Below are positions 57,950-64,000 of a DNA stretch of 64,000 nt, piece by piece. This DNA is from Myxococcota bacterium (GTDB lineage: Bacteria; Myxococcota_A; UBA9160; UBA6930). The notes below the pieces were generated by a model, which was not told the origin of the DNA, did no database searches, and worked only from the letters and a program-made list of their open reading frames with translations. The stretch is from positions 960,001-1,024,000 of the forward strand of contig OZ245015.1 of assembly GCA_965223705.1 (NCBI GenBank), read 5' to 3'. Within the stretch, counting starts at the first letter, position 1. Every line of letters starts with the position of its first letter. Position numbers and translations under genes: made by a program.

Positions 57950-59317
57950 CTAGTCGCGGATCGCCTCACCGGTCTCTTCCGAGTCCTTGAAGCTCGCGGG
58001 CTGCGAAGGTACCCGCCCCCGCTTGATCAGCAGAAACTTCAGGTCGCCGCCCCGGCGCGCGGTGATGAGGAACCGATCGCGGCCTTCGACGTCGGCCAGG
58101 CCGCGATCGAAATCATCGAGGTCTCCGATTCGCCGATCTTCGATGTTCTCCACGATGTCACCGGGAAAGAGCCCCGCTTCCGAGGCCGGCGAGCCCCGCG
58201 CGACAAACGACACGTAGGCGCCGCGACGAGAATCGAGGCGCTGCTCGCGAAAGAGCCGCTCGGTGATTTCCTGGACGTGGAAGCCCAGGTCGCTCTCCCG
58301 CTCCGCGGGCTCCACCTTCGGCTGCGTCGCGAGCTTGAGGGTGACGTCGCGAGCCTTGCCGTCGCGCAGGAAGGCCACCCGGACTTTCTCACCGGGCGGC
58401 ACGGCCGCGACGCGGCGCTGCAAGGTTCCCAGGTCTTCGTCTTTCTCGGCTTCGACGGCTTCCCCCGCGAAGTGCGTGATGATGTCGCCCGGCCGCAGCT
58501 TCGCGCGCTTCGCCGGCGAGTCTTCCGAAACGCCACTCACGATCACGCCCGTCGCGTCGGGTACGGCGAAGTACGTCGCGAGATCTCGCGAAAGGGGCTG
58601 CATCGTGATCCCGAGCCAGCCGCGTTCGATGCCGCCCCGCTCGATCTGACGCTTGACGCCGAGCACGGTGTCGATGGGGATCGTAAACCCGATGCCGCGA
58701 CCTTGGCCGCGCGAGTTCAAGCCGATGACCCGACCCTCGAGATCGAACAGCGGCCCGCCCGACGAGCCCCGATCGATCATCGCGTCGGTCTGGATGAACT
58801 CGTTGATCAAATCGGGGACCTCGAGGTTGCGGCCCATCGCCGAGACGATTCCGAAGGACACGGTGCCCTGGAGGCCGTAGGGGTTGCCGACGGCGAGGAC
58901 CCATTGCCCGACGCGGACGTCGCTGTTGCGACCGAAGGTCGGAACCGGCAGCGGCTCGTTGGGATCGATCTTGAGGAGGGCGACGTCGGTCTGTTTGTCC
59001 GTTCCGAGGACCTCGGCGCGGTATCTCGCCCGCCGCCCGGGAACCGTGACTTCTACTTTCTGCGCTTTCTCGACGACGTGATGGTTCGTCAGGATGAGCC
59101 CGTCCGCCGACGCGATGAGGCCCGAGCCGGTGACCTGGTTCCGCCGATCGTTCACACGGACGATCGCTTCGATGTGGACGACCAACGGTTTCACTTGTTC
59201 GGAAACGGCGATCACCCGGCGCTGGAGCTCGTCCATCGGCGCAGCGCCTTCGGCGCTCGCGAGCTCGGGGGACAACGCGAGGAGGAGCGGTAGTAGAAAA
59301 CGCAACGGAGCGGCCAT
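57950..59317 (-). CDS. HtrA-family serine protease with PDZ domains (divergent)
   Basis: TNHHV, TDAMIDRGSSGG. Confidence 0.88.
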   Translation of the reverse strand: MAAPLRFLLPLLLALSPELASAEGAAPMDELQRRVIAVSEQVKPLVVHIEAIVRVNDRRNQVTGSGLIASADGLILTNHHVVEKAQKVEVTVPGRRARYRAEVLGTDKQTDVALLKIDPNEPLPVPTFGRNSDVRVGQWVLAVGNPYGLQGTVSFGIVSAMGRNLEVPDLINEFIQTDAMIDRGSSGGPLFDLEGRVIGLNSRGQGRGIGFTIPIDTVLGVKRQIERGGIERGWLGITMQPLSRDLATYFAVPDATGVIVSGVSEDSPAKRAKLRPGDIITHFAGEAVEAEKDEDLGTLQRRVAAVPPGEKVRVAFLRDGKARDVTLKLATQPKVEPAERESDLGFHVQEITERLFREQRLDSRRGAYVSFVARGSPASEAGLFPGDIVENIEDRRIGDLDDFDRGLADVEGRDRFLITARRGGDLKFLLIKRGRVPSQPASFKDSEETGEAIRD

Positions 59318-59328
59318 CCGGGCTGAGC

Positions 59329-59979
59329 TTAGCCGCCCGAGTCGACGGGGTGAACGGCGTCGAGTGCGCGGCGGAACGCTCGCGCCGCGTCGCAGGGCGA
59401 ATCGGCGAGGAGGAGGGCGCCCGTCACCGCTACGCCGACCGCCCCCGCGGCGATGCACGTCGCGGCGCGCGGCGGGTCGATCCCTCCCTGGGCAATCACC
59501 GGCGGGCCGCCCGCCGCGCCGGCGATCGCCTGGGGTCCGAGGGGCGGTCGCGTCGAGGCCTTCGAGCGCGGCGCGTAGATCGGCGCGAGCTGCGCCTGGT
59601 CCACCACGTTCGCCGGGAGTTTCAGGATCTCGTCCGTCCCGTGGCATGCGACGGTCACGATCTTCTCGGCGCCCACCAGGGCACGCGCGTCGGCCGGCGC
59701 GATCGCGTCGAAGCCCAGGTGCACGCCGTCGGCGCCCGCGGCCAGCGCGACATCGATGAAACGGTTGACGAGGATCTCGACCGAGCCGCCGCGTCGCGCG
59801 GCGCCGCGTCGGCTGGCCGCAGCGATGTCTTCGACATGCCGAAGCAGCGCGGCTCCGGGGAGGCCGCGCTCTCGTACCTGCACGCGATCGACGCCGCCGG
59901 CGACGGCGTCTTCGACGGCGCGCAGTAAATGCGAGCCACCGACTTCGCGGTCGGTGACCAGCACGAGGAGCGGGGTCAC
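59329..59979 (-). CDS. thiE: thiamine phosphate synthase (ThiE/TenI family)
   Basis: VQVRE, ADGVHLG, P.SK, AQGGI; in the thiSG operon; somewhat degenerate. Confidence 0.7.
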   Translation of the reverse strand: MTPLLVLVTDREVGGSHLLRAVEDAVAGGVDRVQVRERGLPGAALLRHVEDIAAASRRGAARRGGSVEILVNRFIDVALAAGADGVHLGFDAIAPADARALVGAEKIVTVACHGTDEILKLPANVVDQAQLAPIYAPRSKASTRPPLGPQAIAGAAGGPPVIAQGGIDPPRAATCIAAGAVGVAVTGALLLADSPCDAARAFRRALDAVHPVDSGG

Positions 59980-59983
59980 GGCG

Positions 59984-60760
59984 TTAGAAAGTGGCCAGCC
60001 CGTCGAGGGGGCTCGACGCCGTGGCGTAGAGGCGCCGCGGAATACGCCCCGCTTCGTAGGCGAGCCGCCCGGCGGAGACGCCTTCGCGCATGGCGCGGGC
60101 CATCTTGACGGGGTCTTTCGCGCCCGCGATGCCCGTGTTCATCAGCACGCCGGCCGCTCCGAGCTCCATCGCCACGGCGGCGTCACTCGCCGTGCCGACC
60201 CCGGCGTCGACGATCACCGGCACTTCGACGGTCTCGAGGATGATCCGAAGGTTGGCGGGATTGCGGATCCCCAGACCCGAACCGATCGGTGCGGCAAGGG
60301 GCATGACGGCGGGGCAGCCGAGCTCGGCGAGCTGTTGGCACGCCACCGGATCGTCGGTGATGTAGGGGAGCACCGTGAAGCCGTCTTCGACGAGGATCCG
60401 ACACGTCTCGAGGGTCTTCGCGACGTCGGGAAAGAGCGTTCGCTCGTCGCCGATGACTTCGATTTTTACCAGGCCGTGGCCCACGAGCTCGCGCCCGAGC
60501 TGCGCGGTGGTCACCGCATCGTCGATCGTGTAGCAGCCGGCGGTGTTCGGGAGAATCTCGACGCCTTCGGGAAGGTAGGCGAGGACGTTCGATTCTTTCG
60601 GGGCCTTCAGGTCGACGCGCCGCAGCGCGACCGTCGCCAGATCGGCGCCGCTCTCGCGCGTCGCTTCGAGCTGAAGCGGCAACGATTCGTACTTCCCCGT
60701 TCCGACGATGAGCCGGGACTGAAACGTGAATTCGCCCAGAGTGAGCGCGGGTTCAGACAT
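59984..60760 (-). CDS. thiG: thiazole synthase
   Basis: [33 protein letters not shown]. Confidence 0.96.
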   Translation of the reverse strand: MSEPALTLGEFTFQSRLIVGTGKYESLPLQLEATRESGADLATVALRRVDLKAPKESNVLAYLPEGVEILPNTAGCYTIDDAVTTAQLGRELVGHGLVKIEVIGDERTLFPDVAKTLETCRILVEDGFTVLPYITDDPVACQQLAELGCPAVMPLAAPIGSGLGIRNPANLRIILETVEVPVIVDAGVGTASDAAVAMELGAAGVLMNTGIAGAKDPVKMARAMREGVSAGRLAYEAGRIPRRLYATASSPLDGLATF

Positions 60761-60997
60761 CTAACCTCCTCCCACGGCCTCGAGGATCTCGACGCGATCC
60801 CCGGATTGCAGGGCCAGGTGCTCGTAATTCGCGCGGGGGACGACCGCGCGGTTGACCGCCACAGCGACCTTTCGATCCCCCAGCGAGAGCTCGGCGAGCA
60901 GCGTCGCGACGCTCGCGCCTTCCGCGAGTTTGCACGCTTCGCCGTTGACCTGGATCTCGAGCGTGGGGGCCTGTTGGTCGATGTGGGGACCGTACAT
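60761..60997 (-). CDS. thiS: sulfur carrier protein ThiS
   Basis: IQVNGE...VAVN..VP...GDRVEI..AVGGG. Confidence 0.93.
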   Translation of the reverse strand: MYGPHIDQQAPTLEIQVNGEACKLAEGASVATLLAELSLGDRKVAVAVNRAVVPRANYEHLALQSGDRVEILEAVGGG

Positions 60998-61061
60998 CGC
61001 GCGCGCCCGCGATGCACACCGCCCTCACGAAGAACCTCCGCGATTCCGATACCTTCGCACG

Positions 61062-62195
61062 ATGCCTCGCGGAAGGCCGAGCTACGCCGAAATCGATCTC
61101 GAAGCGCTCGCGGACAACTACGCCCTGGCGAGTCGCCTGGCTTCGGGCCGCGAAGTGATCGGGGTCGTGAAGGCCAACGCCTACGGGCACGGCGCGCCGG
61201 CGATCGCACGGCACCTCGAGTCGATCGGCTGCCGCACGCTCGCCGTCGTCACCGTCGCCGAAGCGCGAGTGTTGCGGGACGCGGGTGTCAGCGCGGCGCT
61301 TCTCGTGATGGGCGGCGTCCACGACGCCGCCGAAGCCGCCGAGGCGGTGAAGCTCGAGACGACGCCCGTCATCCAACGCAAAGCGGACATCGACCGGTTG
61401 GCCAAAGCCGCCGGCGCGCGCCGCCGGCGACTCCCGGTGCAGCTCGAAGTCGACACCGGCATGTGTCGTATGGGCGCGGCGCCCGAGGAGGTGGTGCCGC
61501 TCGTCTCGCGCATTGCGGAACGCGAAGCGCTCGCGTTGGACGGCCTCTACACGCATTTCGCGCGGGCGGATGAGCCGGATCCCGAACCGACCCGCGAGCA
61601 GCAGCGCCGCTTCGCCGGCGTCCTCGCCGCAGTTCGCGAGCGCTTCGGCTTGCCGCGTTCGGTGCACGCCGCCGCGTCGGCAGCGCTACTCGCCGGCTTG
61701 GCCACGTCGGAGCTGTTGCCCGAACTGAACGCCGTTCGCCCTGGGCTGATGCTCTACGGGATCGCACCGAGCCCCGAGCTCGAAACCGCGCCCAACACGC
61801 TGCGTCCGGTCATGCGGCTCGCCGCCCGGATCGTCGCGTTGCGGCGTGTGCCGCCGGGGCAGGGCGTGGGCTACGGCGCGACGTTCCGACCGGCAGTCGA
61901 GACCACGATCGCGACCCTCCCCGTGGGCTACGCCGACGGCATTCCGCGCCACTTGACCGACACCGCTTTTGTCTCTCACCGAGGCCGGAACGTGCCGATA
62001 GTGGGACGGGTTTCGATGGACTTCGTCACGGTCGACCTCGGGGACCACCCCGCGGCGATCGGCGACGAAGTGGTGGTTTTTGGTCCCGGTCAATCGGTCA
62101 CCCGACTGGCCGCAGCGTCTGACACCATCGCCTACGAGCTCCTGGTGAGAGTCGGCGAACGCGTCCCGCGCGCCGTCCTGGCCGAGGAGGCGTAG
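61062..62195 (+). CDS. alr: alanine racemase
   Basis: VVKANAYGHG, VDTGM.RMG, THFA, GYADG, GRVSMD, TIAYE. Confidence 0.95.
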   Translation: MPRGRPSYAEIDLEALADNYALASRLASGREVIGVVKANAYGHGAPAIARHLESIGCRTLAVVTVAEARVLRDAGVSAALLVMGGVHDAAEAAEAVKLETTPVIQRKADIDRLAKAAGARRRRLPVQLEVDTGMCRMGAAPEEVVPLVSRIAEREALALDGLYTHFARADEPDPEPTREQQRRFAGVLAAVRERFGLPRSVHAAASAALLAGLATSELLPELNAVRPGLMLYGIAPSPELETAPNTLRPVMRLAARIVALRRVPPGQGVGYGATFRPAVETTIATLPVGYADGIPRHLTDTAFVSHRGRNVPIVGRVSMDFVTVDLGDHPAAIGDEVVVFGPGQSVTRLAAASDTIAYELLVRVGERVPRAVLAEEA

Positions 62196-62215
62196 CCCCG
62201 AAACCGGTTTCGGGG
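62196..62215. other. perfect 20-bp palindrome after the alr stop
   Basis: CCCCGAAACCGGTTTCGGGG. Confidence 0.6.
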
Positions 62216-62246
62216 GGGCGAGCTTGCACAACCGATCGGTTCTGAG

Positions 62247-63035
62247 ATGAGCGCCGCGCGGGTTCTCGCGCCGTTCGCCTGGGTCGGCGGCGCGTCGATC
62301 GGTGCGGTCCGCCACGTGGGTGCGGCGACGTCACTCCTCGCCGAGGCGCTTTTCGCCGGGCTGCGACCGCCGTTCCTTTCGCCGCGCTTGCTCCTCGCGC
62401 AGGCCTACCAGATCGGCGTCGCCTCGATTCCCGTCGTGGTGATCACGGGCCTCTTCACCGGCATGGTCCTGGCCCTTCAGTCGCTCGACGCCTTCGGGCG
62501 GTTCGGTGCCGAGGAGCTGGTCGCGACCGTGGTCTCACTCGCGATGATGCGCGAGCTCGGCCCGGTCCTCACCGGCCTGATGGTCGCCGGGCGCGTCGGC
62601 AGCGCGATGGCCGCGGAACTCGGCACCATGCGGATCAGCGAGCAGATCGATGCATTGGTAACGCTCGGGACGAATCCCGTTCGCTATCTCGTGCTGCCGC
62701 GGATCCTCGCATCGGTCTTGATGATGCCGGTACTCGTCGTTTTCGCGAACGCCATCGGAATCTTCGGCGGATTCGTCGTCGCCGTTCACCTGTTCGGTCA
62801 GAACCCCGCGCTCTACGAACGACGCGCCATTCAGTACCTGGGAACCGGGGATCTCACGATGAGCTTGGCCAAAGCCGTCGTCTTCGGCGCCGTGTTCTCG
62901 TTGGTGAGCTGCTATCAGGGCTTTCACGTCGCGGGCGGTGCGCGGGAAGTCGGGCTGGCGGTCACGCGCTCGGTGGTGATCTCGCTAATGGGCATCCTCG
63001 CGTTCAACTACATGCTGACGGCGTGGCTCTCGTGA
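62247..63035 (+). CDS. mlaE: MlaE family ABC permease
   Basis: RELGPVLT, AGRVGS..AAELGTM...EQIDAL. Confidence 0.93.
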   Translation: MSAARVLAPFAWVGGASIGAVRHVGAATSLLAEALFAGLRPPFLSPRLLLAQAYQIGVASIPVVVITGLFTGMVLALQSLDAFGRFGAEELVATVVSLAMMRELGPVLTGLMVAGRVGSAMAAELGTMRISEQIDALVTLGTNPVRYLVLPRILASVLMMPVLVVFANAIGIFGGFVVAVHLFGQNPALYERRAIQYLGTGDLTMSLAKAVVFGAVFSLVSCYQGFHVAGGAREVGLAVTRSVVISLMGILAFNYMLTAWLS

Positions 63036-63808
63036 AAAACGACGAGCTGCCGCCGATCGGCGCGCTTTCCGAAGCGCGCGCCGTTCGCAAATCGTTCGGC
63101 GAGCGAACCGTTCTCGACGGCGTCGACCTCTCGGTTTGCGAGGAAGAGATCACCGTCGTGCTCGGCGGAAGCGGTAGCGGCAAGTCGACGTTGCTGCGCT
63201 GTTTGATGGGTCTCGAGCAACCCGACAGCGGAACGGTCCGGCTACTCGGACAGGACCTCGACGCGTGCTCGCCCGACACGCGGACAAAGCTCATGCTGCG
63301 CACCGGGATGTTGTTTCAGTTCGGTGCGCTCTTCGATTCGATGACCGTCGAGCAAAACGTCGCGTTCGCGTTGCGGCACGTGCTGAAGCGCCCGGAAGAC
63401 GAGATCGCGCAGAAGGTTCGCGAGAAGCTCCTCATGGTCGGGCTCAAGGACGTCGGACATCTCTTCCCGTCGCAACTGTCGGGTGGCATGCGCAAACGCG
63501 TCGCCCTCGCGCGCGCCATCGCGCACCGCCCGAAGATTCTCTTCGTCGATGAGCCCACCACCGGTCTCGACCCGATCATGTCCGACACGATCCACCAGCT
63601 CATTCTCCAGCTGCGGGATCGTCTGGGGATGACCGTGTTCTGCATTACGCACGACTTGCGCGCCGCGTTCTTTCTGGCCGACCGCATTTCGATGCTCTAC
63701 CGCGGCCGGATCATCGCGTCCGGGACTCCGGACGAAATGCGACGTGCGGCGGACCCTGTGGTCCAACAGTTCGTGACGGCCTCGACGCACGGTCCGATTC
63801 TCCCGTAA
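63032..63808 (+). CDS. mlaF: MlaF/Mkl family ABC ATPase
   Basis: GGSGSGKS, FQ.GALFDS, LSGGMRKRV, DEPTTGLDP. Confidence 0.92.
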   Translation: MKNDELPPIGALSEARAVRKSFGERTVLDGVDLSVCEEEITVVLGGSGSGKSTLLRCLMGLEQPDSGTVRLLGQDLDACSPDTRTKLMLRTGMLFQFGALFDSMTVEQNVAFALRHVLKRPEDEIAQKVREKLLMVGLKDVGHLFPSQLSGGMRKRVALARAIAHRPKILFVDEPTTGLDPIMSDTIHQLILQLRDRLGMTVFCITHDLRAAFFLADRISMLYRGRIIASGTPDEMRRAADPVVQQFVTASTHGPILP

Positions 63809-63913
63809 TTCCCAAAACAGCGGGGCTCTTTGCCCCCTCTTTCCGTCTCATACAACCGAGACGCAAGTCGAGCCCCGAAACGGCCGAAACCGAGGGTGAT
63901 AGGAGGGCGACGA

Positions 63914-64000
63914 ATGGGTCAGCACCGGAAGGATGTGGGCGTCGGGATCGCGGTCATCGCCGCGCTCGGGATGCTCTTCGCGTCGACGATGCGGATCGGG
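63914..64000 (+). CDS. probable MlaD/MCE protein, 5' part only
   Basis: RBS AGGAGG, MGQHRKDVGVG + TM helix, follows mlaEF. Confidence 0.6.
   Translation, partial: MGQHRKDVGVGIAVIAALGMLFASTMRIG

Noticed and set aside
60998..61061. TPP riboswitch upstream of thiS
   Set aside because: Only 64 bp of intergenic space and no CTGAGA core seen

Overview
High-GC bacterial chromosome segment with Gram-negative features (TonB-dependent receptor, Mla, PEP-CTERM, sigma54 regulator, Ser/Thr kinase); a Myxococcota-like lineage is my inference only. Layout: (1) 1-10.9 kb is a polyhydroxyalkanoate (PHA)/storage-lipid cluster with a class III-type phaC, a PhaE/PhaR-like subunit, a Bacillus PhaQ-like repressor, two phasin-like + hydrolase modules sharing an operator-like inverted repeat, GYD proteins and an acyltransferase. 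(2) 11-20 kb holds BlaI/M56/TonB receptor, an MMPL transporter and a zincin + ATP-grasp pair. (3) 20-28.8 kb is an accessory patch ending at tRNA-Thr(CGT), with a second phaC, RRM, TIR-like and PEP-CTERM genes and att-like repeats. (4) 29-36.5 kb is a circularly permuted ATP-grasp/alpha-E/transglutaminase/DUF2126 peptide-ligation locus. (5) 37-64 kb is mostly housekeeping (aminotransferase IV, trpS, clpB, ligA, three HtrA, thiSGE, alr, mlaEFD). Best candidates for new biology: a head-to-head Elp3 + Trm9/ALKBH8-like methyltransferase pair (a possible eukaryote/archaea-type mcm5U34 tRNA pathway in a bacterium), the PhaQ-type PHA regulon with a Cys-motif hydrolase family, and a catalytically altered Ntn-transglutaminase fusion. 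All calls come from motif recognition by eye; no database searches were run.
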